Shown piece by piece: positions 24,171 to 36,387 of a stretch of DNA of 64,000 bases (its first letter is position 1; each line of letters opens with the position of its first letter). Under the pieces are notes generated by a model. That model searched no databases. It was given only the letters and a program-made list of their open reading frames with translations, and was not told the DNA's origin. Origin of the DNA: Pelomyxa schiedti (taxonomy: Eukaryota; Protista; Evosea); NCBI GenBank assembly GCA_020536535.1, contig JAHLWZ010000016.1:1-64000 (forward strand), in the 5' to 3' direction. Both the position numbers and the translations under genes were made by a program.

Positions 24171-27100
24171 ATGAGGATCTGGATGCCAAAAATTGAATCT
24201 CCGGGCTCTTCGTGTAAAACTCTTCTCATGGCGTTGGGTGCTGTTGTGTACTACTCTCGTTATGTGGGGAAACAACCATGTGGTCCCTCAATTTCCGTAC
24301 TGCTGGTACTCTTTATGTGCGGTCTGGCACTTACGGATCCGGGGCCACCAGCAAAGTACCGGCCACTAGCCTCCCATAATCCCACACCTGGCACGAGCAA
24401 CCGCCCAGATACGACGACGGCGCTTCCGGCCGTCACCGCATGCGACGCCTATGGGATTGACTGGTACCACAACGAGCTGGACTATTTCCAGGGCCTGGAC
24501 TGGGACAATAGGCAGGCCCTGTGCTCTTTCGACAGCACCAAGAAATTCTACGCCGGTTCCCTGCGCGACGGCAACTCGAGTGCCATGTACGTTGTCGACT
24601 ACGACACCGGCGAGCTGTTTTCTATGTCTACGACAGACTGCACATTGACCGATTTGGGACGGGCAATCCCGATGATGACTGGCATGGCTTGGTCGAGGGT
24701 GGACCAGGTCATGTACGGGGTCGTCTCGGACTGCAATTATGGGTCGGAACTCCTTGTCGTGGATCTGAATTCTGCCGTTGTAACACTTGTTACTGAGGTT
24801 ATTTCTTCTTTTTTCCGACTCCAAAAACACAGGAACAAACTTAAACATCATATCCTAGTGGTTGCAATAACAAATGTATGTTCCATAAGAAGCTTGGCTG
24901 AATATGTTTTTTCCCTCAGATAGATTCTGTTTGCGTTATGGATATTGCTGATGTGAACGGGGTACTGTATGGAATTGACAATACATTGAATGCTGGGATA
25001 AGGATAAACAAGTCAGATGGTTCGACAGAGGCACATTCTACTCGTTTCCCTGGTGAAGCTAATTTGCGTAGAATGTCTACCAAATGGGCTACGACATCAA
25101 CAGCCCGCAGGGCATGGACTATAGCCCCTGTGACAATTTTCTTTATTATTCCTCTTACAGCAATACCGGCATGTGGATTGCAATTTATCTGTATATGATT
25201 GACATGTCCACTAAGGAGAATTCTTTTTCTCCTTTACTCTACCCTCTTGATTCCTTTACTATCAGCTGGAAGCTTGCTGGTTACTTCTCTTCCTTTTAGA
25301 CTGTCTTGTAATATCCAACCCAAGAGAGCTCTTCACAATCTGTCAGTGATTCAATGTCATACTCCGATTCGTCTGTTGTTAGACCTTCAGGATGCAAGGC
25401 ATACATGCTCGCTTTCAACTCATATTCTCTTGTCAAATATATACCAGAAACACGTGAATACCAATCCGTCTGTTATTATGCCCCAGCGGAGTTCGCTTGT
25501 GGCGAATTTGCCTATGAAGACACAAGCGTAATGTATGTGATCGACTCAAGGACCTCAGTCTTCTCAGCGATGGATATGGCAGATTGCCATTTGACTTTCA
25601 TTGCTCGTTGTGATGTTCCTTCGAATTTGAAAGCCACGGGAATGACATGGGATCCTGTTTCCCAACAAATGTTTGTGGTTTTTACTGACTGCTGGTTCTC
25701 TTCACTCCTATATCGCATTGACTTGCACACTGGCACTCTGTCCTTGGTTGGGATTATTTCAATAGGCATTGGCGACTGTGTCGATGATATTGCCATAGGG
25801 CATGGTCTGAAGCTTTATGGATATTCTTCTGGCCCACTTTACCAATTCTTTGAAATTGATAAATACAATGCCAGTACTACTGTAATATTTTCCACCACAG
25901 ATACATATATGTTTGGTTTTGGGTTGGATTATAACCCTTGTGATGGACTTCTCTATTGCACAGTTCAGAACGGATACAACTGGTATTTTTATAACTCCAC
26001 TGGGGTTCTCTAACGCCGCATTGCAGGGCTTATGAGCTTTATTCCATTGACCCAATAGACGGGTCTCTCACCCTTCAACAAACCCTGCTGGATCCTTATG
26101 ATGCGCTTTCATTCTCTCTATCAACTGGTTTATTACAAGCTTACTTTGTCCCACTTATTTTAACTTAGATCCCTCAAGTGGTTCCACTCAAGCAAGTCCG
26201 TTGTCAGACCCTTCCGGGGGAGTACCCTCTCACTGCCTTGGATATGTCTACAGCCTCACGCAATACCAACTCCTACAATTTTCAGCTGACAGTATGGATT
26301 TCGTTCCACTGTGCGTGTATTTGGGCTATGATGTCAGCGCGGCTGAGATCGTTGGGGACGATTACTGGGTCCTTGTTTCAGATGTGAATTTATATACAAT
26401 TGACCCGAAGACATGTGTGATGTCTCCACTCGCCACTATTAACACAACTGGTCCAACCTGTGGCATGTCTTACTCAAAGAACGATCTCCTATTGTATGTT
26501 GTTACTTCAGACTGCTGGTCCTTTTCGTCCCTCTACTCCATTGACAACAATTTCACCACCACCCATGTCTGCGATTTTCAAAAGGCACTGTGCATTCTAG
26601 ACATTGCAGTTGATGAGGCGGGAGTTATGTATGCGTTAGACAGTGCTTCAGAAAGACTTCTCATAGTGGACACATCCAACTGTGAAACATGGACACTCGG
26701 GAACATTGGGTTTACCACTGGTGATGGCGGAGCTTCCCTGGATTGGGATCCCTGTTCGAGTCTTTTATACCTGACGGCCTATAATGTGAACAAGTAAACC
26801 ACCTTTTCGGCTGAATTTAGCTAACGGAGTTTTAAGGCAAATATACCAACTATCTTATTTGAGCTATCAAGATGGACATGCAACGGTCTTAGAAGAGTTA
26901 CAAGACAGCGTTATAGGACTATCATTCCAGGACATACTTCCTTCTGGTAACTCTTTTACATGGGGTTCGTAGTGATACCAAAAACCCAGAGTCTTTCTCT
27001 GCCCTTGCCGAGAGTTCCTCAGAAAGTAAAACATCCAGTAATGATAATAGCACTCTATGGCTTGCAATTGGGATCTCAGCAGCCTTCGGAGTATTTGCAA

Positions 27101-27432
27101 TAGCATGTGTTTTCATACTGGTAGTTATCTACTGGAAGAAAAAAGTGAAATTCCACCATGGTAAATGTTTATGATTTTTCTTTCACAGCTATGACTACTG
27201 ACCTACGTGCATATCCTACATCACACTTACCCTTTTTATAGAAGAGACATCCCTTCTAGTGCCCACCGAGACCCCACCTCCCTACACCTCTCAACCAATA
27301 AACGAGCACGGCAAGTCCCCACAAACCTACACATACATATCCTACATCACACCAGGCTCTGGCTCTGGATACACAGATGCACCTGGTGCAACAACAGCAG
27401 CCCCACCAGGGGTGCCTCCTACTCTTTCATGA
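24171..27432 (+). CDS. Type I membrane protein with three tandem Cys-containing beta-propeller-like ectodomains and a cytoplasmic PPPY motif
   Basis: Hydrophobic N-terminus. Three copies of (T/C)GM.(W/Y)...SDC/TDC...C..DIA...LY...(G/S).D(Y/W).PC. TM segment LWLAIGISAAFGVFAIACVFILVVIYWKKK. Spliced tail ETPPPYTS. Confidence 0.8.
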
Positions 27433-27537
27433 TGAAAGAAAAAAAGAGGACACTATGTATTTGTAGTAACAGAAAATTGGTGAATGGAATTCATAGACAC
27501 AAGTCTGGTTTTTTTTTTTTTTTTTTGAACAATAAGA

Positions 27538-28377
27538 TTAAAACAGCAACCATCTGTGTGTGGTTGCGGCATAGACTAAATATTCTTCATTGTAGGTCAA
27601 GGCAAGTGCTCTCTCCTCACCGGGTATCACAAAGTTGTGCATGTAGAACCACCATAGTGACGTAAGTACCAGCAAAAGCAGGGAATCAGAGCAAAATGAT
27701 ACGCCAAGGCTAACCAAGACAGCACCCATATAAATAGGGTTGCGTGTCATTGCAAATACTCCACCAGTAACCAGTTTACTCACATGTTCACCTGCCCACT
27801 TCGTTTGTGAGGATAGATAAAGGGGGTAAAGGCAAACTAAAATGGAGCAAATACCAGGCTAGATAATACTTACTTATTCTATTTTCATGTTGCAGGAGAA
27901 AAGCTTACCGTTTCTTACAACGAATGCAGTAGACTCGAAAGCACTCTCGGCAGCCAGAGATAAAGATAATCCAGCACAAGCCATAGAAGCTCCGAGCAAG
28001 GTCTGAGCATTGAAGCAATGCAAAATGCACGCGGCCTTGCACTTGAGCCACGCCGCGCGTCTCCAGCCTATCTCCTCACGCTTGGCTCGGCGCGACATGG
28101 CGTCAGCGCGCAACTGCAGTACGGAGGTCGCTGTTTTGAGCGCACGGGGAAGAGGGATGGGGCACGCCACAGCGCGCGCTATACGAAGTCGCTGGGCCAC
28201 TTGGTGGTCGTGCTCGGCGCATCGCTGGCACGACGAGGATGATGTCGAAGAGGGCGGCTGAGTCACGGGCAGCCGCTGGAGGGCCGAACGGTGCGTGGAG
28301 ATGTAACACCGAGCAATAAGAACGGGAAACAGGCCAAGTACAACACTCCCACACCACAGGCCGTTCGGCGTAACCAT
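27538..28377 (-). CDS. ICMT/PEMT-family isoprenylcysteine methyltransferase-like membrane protein
   Basis: LVTGGVFAMTRNPIYMG...VIPGEERALALTYNEEYLVYAATTHRW. Confidence 0.85.
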
Positions 28378-28625
28378 TGCTGTTTATTGTAGTTAAAGTG
28401 CTCAGAAGATCTGCTCAAAAGATGCTGTGCCATGGCAGAACAACCGTTCTTGTGCTTGTCTTGGAGTGAGCAGACAAGCAGCGTTGTAGAGGAGATCTTG
28501 AAATAATTCGATTTATGCAATCTAAACTGCCATTCTGAAAAAGGATAATCCGGGCAATTACTGCGCCCTTTAAAAAATCAACCGCAGCAAGTTGACTACA
28601 TAAATTAAAAACAAACTGCAACAGG

Positions 28626-31600
28626 ATGTTGTCGTTCGGATCAAAGTTCGCGTACGTGCCACGGCAGCGTCAACCTGACCAAGTGGCTGTAGAATACTGT
28701 GTGTTACTGCGTTATTGGTGTTGTGTTGAGATCTAACTGGAAAAAACCACAGCCGAGGAGGCGCTTGTCGATAACCTCAATGACGTCGCCCCCGACTTAG
28801 ATGATGACTTGTTTCAAGCAGCTTCGATGCCGCCACCTCCGCCACAACAAACACCGCTGACGGCGCCACCACCGCCGCCGTCTACTACTTCACCGTCGAG
28901 CACGACTACTTCTACTAACTCTGATCTCGACTCGCTGCTCTCTACGTTGGACAGCATGCCCTCGCCTCCTCCAGTTTCTGATTTACCACCACCCCCTACT
29001 TCTTCTTTTGCACCTCCTCCCCTTCCTCCGACTCGCATGAATTCAGCTCCACCCAGAGCAAACGCTTCCAGTGCCAAACCTCGCGCATTTCTCCTTCAAA
29101 AGCGACTGCCCAGTCAACCACCTCAAATGCAACAGCAGCAAATGCAAATGCAACAGCAGCAAATGCAAATGCAGCAACAACAACTTCAACCGCAAATGCA
29201 ACCACAAATGCAACAGCAACAGCAAATGCAACAACCAGCACGAAAGGTGAAACACGTGAGAGCTGTTGATACAAACGTTTTTACTGTCAAGTTTGGATTT
29301 CTTTCTCAGAATGTTGAGCTGGCAACTGGTTTACAGCTTTTTTTTCTACTTGCCTGGCTCATAGAGTTCAAAAAGGTGACCCTGTGTTTTGTACGGCCTG
29401 TGGATCTTGCCTGAGCTCCGTTGACAAGGTCACTACACCGTATGCTCCTCCTTTCGTCCAATTCACTATTCACCATCTGTAGTGAGGGCATAGCTCAGTA
29501 TGATATACGAACTGCTGGAGGGGCACAAACTTGGAAGTGCACCTTTTGTGGTCACGATAATAATGTACATGTATCTCCTGAGGAGCTTCCCAAGGGCGAC
29601 ATCGTTGACTATGTATTGCAAGCACCAACTGGGACTGCTGCTGCATCACCAGAGGCTACATCTCTCGTTTTTTGTGTTGGTGTGCTTTTTTTTCCCTCTC
29701 TCCCATTAGTGCATGTTATTCAAACATAAAATTAGATACTTCTGGCTCCATGTGTGTTTCCTATGAGATGCCTGGCAAGTTTAAATTAAAAGGAGATCAC
29801 ATGACAAAGCTAAGTGGACTAAATACAGAACGTGCTGACCAGTGAGTTTTTTTTTTTTTGTTTTACATTAACTCTCACAAGATACCTTCCTGGCCAGCGA
29901 CGTGAGACTACCTGGGTGTCACGCCTTCAAACCCTACAAGCAGCCATAAGCACTCAACTCGAGACTCTCGCTAGAGAACGACCAGAGAGAACTGTGGGAC
30001 TAGGTAGAACTTGGAGGTGAAGCGAAATCTAACAAACTTTTGTGCAGTTTCCTTCAACAATGACGTGACAGTTTTTGGAGATGGCACCGCAACACCCATT
30101 ACAGTTGCTGGTGATAAGCTTGACAATTATGATGAACTTGTGAGGCAAAGTGCAGAACTCACTTTAACAACCCCTATAGCACGAGCGAAGGAAGCGTTAT
30201 CCCGAAAGTTATTTGAACTTGAAGAAAATGGACAAACTGCTCTTGGTTTTGACTCGCTCATCAACTAAACCTAGCCTAATTGGAACCAATTAAGGACCTG
30301 CTCTTGTCCTCGCTGCCGGTATTGCGGCACAAAAACGTGGGTCGGAAGTTGTCATATGCACAGACGGGCTGGCTAACAAAGGTTCAATATTTGTAAAGAA
30401 GTCTTCTTCATTCTCACAATCAACAAATAGGAATTGGATGTAAGGACTATTGTTCTTTCTAAAAAAGACTCACCTCACAATTATTAGCAATGGAATTCAT
30501 TGAGGTTCCCGACCAACGGGAAGCAATTGAACGATTTTACGAGAACGTTGGCCTCACTGCAAAGACAAATGGTGTTGTTGTATCTGTTTTAAGTATTAAA
30601 GGATCAGAGGCAGGTTAGCTGCGCGCACAATTTTGTTACTGTTCCAACTATTGAAAATAGGGGTTGAACATCTTGGAACAGTCGCTGACGCAACAGGCGG
30701 GGCTGTGTCCATGATCGAGCCCACGGAGCTTACTAAAAACTTTTCCTCTATTTTAGCAAATCCCGTGATTGCAACACATGTCAAGTTGCACCCCCTTTTT
30801 TTCTTGGTCTCACATCACCAGAGCAAAGATTATCCTTCACCAGGGTATGTATGTCAGAACCGATGACGCAAAGAATGCGAGCCAATCCACTGAAGAAATT
30901 GGAAATGTGACTGTAAGTTTCCCTTGTGCCAGGGCCACTTTCTCATAGCTGAAACTTAGGCCGAAAGTGAGTGTACTTTTGAGTATGGAACAAAGCCATC
31001 AGAGGAAATTCCCGGTTATGATTCACTGGAATTTCTGCCCTTCCAAGTACAGATTGAGTACACGAAATTAGATGGGATGAAGGTAAAACCCGTGCCTTTC
31101 TGCCTCTTATAATCTTTCGGCAGTGCGTAAGAATTATTTCTCATAAGCAGCCTATCACGCACGATCTTGACCATGCAGTGCAAGATGCCAATATTGAAGT
31201 TGCAACGATGTCTTGTTTTCCAAAACTGACATTATAATTAGGTTCTAGGTGTGAATGCAGTAAGACAAGCTGCCAAGACAGCGCGCTCTGGAGACTATAC
31301 AGCTGCCAGATTCACAAATTTGGCACACAGACAGCTCATTCAAAAAGCAGCCAAACCGCAACAAAGTGGTACGTGAGCATCCACTTAGTTCCGCTATTCT
31401 TACACTTTAATAGAACAAGTGCAAGCCTACATGGCACAAAACTGTGTCTTTGAAGAGAATTTGTTACACGCCCAACAACGAGAGGTTGCTGATGTTGGTG
31501 CTTTGTTTGATGACAACGATGAGGGTGCCGTCGAGGCCGAAATTGCTGTCCGCAAGGCAAGCAACATGTGCCGGGTATGTTATCCCAAAAAGCGCCGCCA

Positions 31601-31709
31601 CTTCACTCTTACAAACACACAGAGGAAAGCCGCCCGTCAGGACTCCGAAAGTGCCGCAATTTGGTCGGCGAAGAACATGAATGCCAAGGCGCTTTACAAG
31701 AAGAGCTAA
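28626..31709 (+). CDS. Sec23/24-type Zn finger + vWA protein (circularly permuted Ras protein 1-like, no Ras domain seen)
   Basis: MLSFGSKFAYV, VDTNVFTVKF, ATGDPVFCTACG, WKCTFCGHDN, FCVDTSGSM, LEENGQTALGPAL, ICTDGLANKG, LANPVIAT. Pro/Gln-rich linker. Confidence 0.85.
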
Positions 31710-31833
31710 CAGAGTGCTTGCCTTTCCGTAAAAGCAAAAAACAACAGATTTTTACACAAAAAAACAACACCCTGTTACATTTTTCACAAGCCTTGGGTTT
31801 ATTTACACCCTTGTATGCAAACTAGCGTTTGAT

Positions 31834-34800
31834 TTAGAAACGCCGTTTGAAAGGGTTACTTGGTGGTGCCGCTTTGGGTGTTGGCCTCAGTCTTATACAC
31901 TAAATAATTTTAGTTTGGGGGAATTATGAAGGGGGATTAGCACACATGAATTTGTTCAGCGAGTGTGAGTTCAGCAACGCCCGCCTTTGATGCTGGTTCA
32001 AGTTCCGGCTGTGATTGTTGTGGTTGTGGAGAGGAAGCCTTTATTGGTCGGGAGTCTTCATCATCCTCGCCGTCGTTCTCTGCATTACTAGAAGCTGCTT
32101 GCTTCTCAGCGGCAAGGGCCTCAGCTTGCTATTTTGACATAATGAGTGAATGAGGTTTGTTGTGGTGTTGTTGTGATCGTTATTGTTTGTTACATCACAT
32201 ACAGCTTTCTCTTGCTGCCGTAGTATTAAGCTTACATGTTGCTGCGGAATCTAGTAATATGTTGAGCTATGGAAAGGAGAGTTATGCCATAAACCTTGAG
32301 AGAAGCATATTTCGAAGGTGGTCTTTTATTTTGTAGTGGTTTTGTCGACACTGGGGATTGCTTTTTTTTTTTTTATGTTGTGTTATTGTGTTTTATTTGT
32401 AGTTAGATTTCCCCTACAGTGGAGCCAAAGAATGGAAATGAATACCAATCGGTGTGTTGTCTGAAAAAAAGTAAGTGTCACAGGACTAATAATATTAGCA
32501 ACTTACAGTGACTGGCACGCTTGCTAATATACTTTGCGGAGCAGAACTAGTGGGTACAGGAGTTTGAACAGGAGCCTTAATGTGTGGGGAAAAGAGAACT
32601 GTAGGATGGGCATACCGCAGCTGTTTTGGTAACACTGGAGACCTTATTCACATTATTCGCTGTTTGTGTGTTTGCTATCACAGGAGTCTTGGCAGACACC
32701 AGATTATTTACAATAGCAGGAGTAGGAATATTCGCAGGAGTAGGAATATTCACAGGAGTTGGTTGGGGAATTGGCTGACTGGCCTTCCGTTTGGCCTCCT
32801 CCAGTTCCTTTTGAAGCTGCTTCTCTGAACCTTCAAGCCTTTGACATTTCGCTTCTAGATCTGCTGTCGATTGTTGAAGCCGGGCAACCACCTGTTCCAG
32901 TTGAGAGGTTTGCTGCTGACTTGCAGAGTATTTTTGTGATAGTTCGGAATCGCGTTGAACTATTTCCGAATTCTTCTGAAGGGATTCCTGTAACTTTTGA
33001 CTTGCCAGGGTAAATTTCTGCTGTATATCGTCATTTTGCTTTTGGAGCTCAACACAATTACTCTGGAGTTGAGTAGCTTTCTTTGTCAACTCCGACATAA
33101 TTTGTGTTGTTTCAACTGACCTTTGTTGGCTGGTTTCCATTTGCTTTGTTAGGGTTGACTGGTCAAGTTTTATTTGTGCTATCAGCTCTTTTAATTCAAC
33201 ATTTTTTTGCTTTAAGCCTGAAACTTTTTTCTTCAGCTTGGAATTAGAGGTTTCTAGTTTTTGACTTTTTTCCTCATAAGCAGGTATTTGTTGCTGCAGC
33301 TCCAGATCCCTTTGTTTCAATTCAGACAACTCTACTTGAATCGTGGAGTTGGCTTTTTCTGCCTTCTGGCATCTATCATGAAGAACAGAATTCTTGAGCG
33401 TGATTTCCTTCAGTTGTTGTTCAGTTACTTTAAGCTTGGCATCACTCTCTTGTATGCGTTGTTCAAGTTTCTCAGACTTTTTGTTAGAGACAGACATGTT
33501 ACTTGCTAATTTCTCCTGCAGTTCTGTGCTCTGAGTCTTAAGTCTGGTGACAACTTCTTCAGTTTTTTGCAGCTTTTCTTCCAAGCCAGAAACTTGATCC
33601 TGTGATTGTCGATATTGTAATTCAGTGTCTTTGTTCCGTTCCCGCTGTTCTGTATACGCTTTCTGCAAAGTGGCAAGTTCTCCTGCCATGTTGTTGTAAT
33701 TTTGCTGAAGCTCCATAGCGTCTTGCTGTAGTTTTTCATAGTGTTTCTTTAAACTGCTACCCTTTTTCTGTAGGGATATGACAGTTGCTTCAGCTTTCTC
33801 GCATCGTTGAACTACTTCATCACGTTCCTGCTTCAGGGTATGTACTTCTTTTTGTAGGCATGCATTTTCTTGTTGTAGGCTTCCACAAGCTTGATCTAAC
33901 TCCGAAGTCTTCTTTTTTTCGGACTCCATTACCGCTTCAACGGACTGCAGTTGTTTTTGTAAGTCTGCATTTGCTTGAGTTAGATGCTGCAGTGTTGTTT
34001 CAGATTTCACCAGTTTTTCTTCTAAATCTCCTTTCTGTTGCCGGAGGGATACCATTTCAGCTTCGAGCTGGTTTAGATCTTTATGCTGAAGTATCGCATT
34101 GTACTTCTCATTGAGATCAGCATTTTGGTGTTGCAGAAGGGTATTCGTGGCTTCAGTACGGTTGCAGTGCTCTTCCATCACTTGGAGTTGCTTTTTTGTC
34201 AGCTCGAGCTGCTCTTGGGCAGAGAGGAGTTCATTCACCTTTTGCTGTAGGGATTCTTTGAAGGAGGTTGATTGTGCATCCAAATTGGACTGTGACACTG
34301 TAAGACTGTCCTGTAATTTCTTCCTTTCTTGCTCAGCGAGCCTCAGTGATGTCTCAAGTTCTGTACTCTTGGTTTCTTCTTCGTCCAGTTTTACCTTTAC
34401 CATGTCATTTTCTTCTTTGACGTGTTGGAGGCGAAGATCGAGTTCACTACATCTTTGCTTCGCTTGTGCATTCTCATCTCTAAGGTTGTTGCACTGCTCT
34501 TTCATCTCATCACTGTCTCGTTTGAGGGCATCATTGTCTCGTTTGAGGGCTGTATTTTTTGCATCTAATTTGCTGTTTTCTTTTCTTAGGTTATCAGTTG
34601 CTTCTTCAAGTTCGTGTATGCGTGCTTGATCTGCTTGATCTCTGTGAGTGTTTTCTGGGGGAGGCTCTACTTTTCTATGAGCCTGTACCAGCTCAGCTTC
34701 TAGCTGGGACACCTTGGAGCTCAAAGCAGTAGCATTACTTTTGACAACCTTGAGCTTTTCCTTATACTTCTGGCTGTCATTAAGGACAGTTGTCCTCTCA

Positions 34801-36130
34801 CTTTCTACTTGTACAAGTCGCTGACGCAATTCCAAGTTATCTTTTTGTAGAGCAGAGTTTGTTGCTTTAAGAGCAGTAATCTCTGTGTTGGGAATTGAGC
34901 TGGCAGTATTAGGTCCATGTTTGGCTTTGTAGTTCTGATACTTGACATCCAGAGCGGTTTTCTGTTGCTGAAGGGCAGCCCTCTCTGCTTCTAAGTCCTT
35001 TATCTGGGTTTTTTTGTTTCAGAACGATTCACAAAATAAATAAATGCAACCAGGTTTTCTTGTTCCGCTGCTTGGTTGCTCTTTGCTTGTATATCTTTTT
35101 CCATTTCTTCCATTGTCTTAGAAAGGGCCCGTATGTTTGCTGACAGAGAGTCATTTTGTGAAGAAAGCATTTTTATCCTTGCTTCACAGTTTGTATGGTC
35201 AGCTTGAAGGTTCTTTGGAGCCGGGGAGGAAGAAAGTCTGTTGACGTTTGGCTGTGTTGACGCAGCAAAGTTACTGTGTAATCTTTTAAGCATTGCGTTA
35301 GGTCTCTGTAACAAATGCACAATGAAACCTAGGTACTCCTTTCTTTACAAGCAAACGACAAATGTTCATAGTAGTTGCGGAATGCTCTATTTTTGCTCCC
35401 TTATGTGGTGAACTAAAGATGCAAGAGTGCAGCCAGGTAGCCATTGGAGTTAACTGAAGGCGTTGAGACATCACTGGAAAGCAGTGAAACGAAGCATACA
35501 GTTGATCTGTTCGCATGAATAATTCCCCTGCAAATTGACACAATAGTCTTGAGCAACGTGACATGTTGTGCATCAAGCAACTCAATTCTCTCAACTACTT
35601 CCTCCCAGAGTGTTTCAACATTTTCTAAAGTAGAATGATGCACGTAATGTAAGGGCACTTTAATACAATAAATAAAAGGTGCATCACATACCAGACGGGC
35701 TGAATAATGAAGGAGTGAAAACTGGGTCAGGAAGTGACTGCACATACAGTTTCAACACCCTCATTACAGAGGCCACTCCTGCCCTCCATAGTTCAGAATC
35801 ACTAACTTCCCCACCTGAATTCCAACCTATAGTATTCATTCACACTTAGTGGGGGGGAAAAACAAAAAAAGAAACCCATAAGTAGGTGTTGGCGGACGAC
35901 GAACATTGTTCAAACAGAGCGACGAGCCTCTGGTCAGTCGTCGCCGGAGATTCCTCCCTCGTAGCGGCACTTTTGTTGCGTGTATGTTGTTGCTGGGCTT
36001 CGGCATCGCCGGTAGCCCATTCTCCCACAATGAAGGATGCGCAGCGTGACACCAAGTAGGGCTCAGCGTCACTACCGGGACCACAGCCTCGCGCCAACGG
36101 CGACCCAAAAAGCTGCCGCGTACCACTCAT
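31834..36130 (-). CDS. Large coiled-coil protein with C-terminal WH2-like and NPF motifs
   Basis: 752-aa heptad-rich ORF at 32577-34835 plus flanking exons. Spliced C-terminus TLAEQIHCIRLRPTPKAAPPSNPFKRRF*. Confidence 0.75.
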
Positions 36131-36387
36131 GCACACACCCCAACTTGGTGGCCTTCGGTTTTCCCTTAACCTGTTTTCCCACCTCTTTTCTCAGCCAAGG
36201 AGGGTCTGTCTGTTGAGTTCCACATTGCTCAGCCCTTCTGACACAATTCAAGCACAGCACCGCCGATCTTGAGGGAAGTTACGGTCTCAGCTAAATTTTC
36301 TTTTGCTGCTCTCTTTCCACTAATTTTCTTCCACTTTTCGTTTAAACACAAACCCAACACAGTCTTATCACGAAATTGGTTGGCTGA

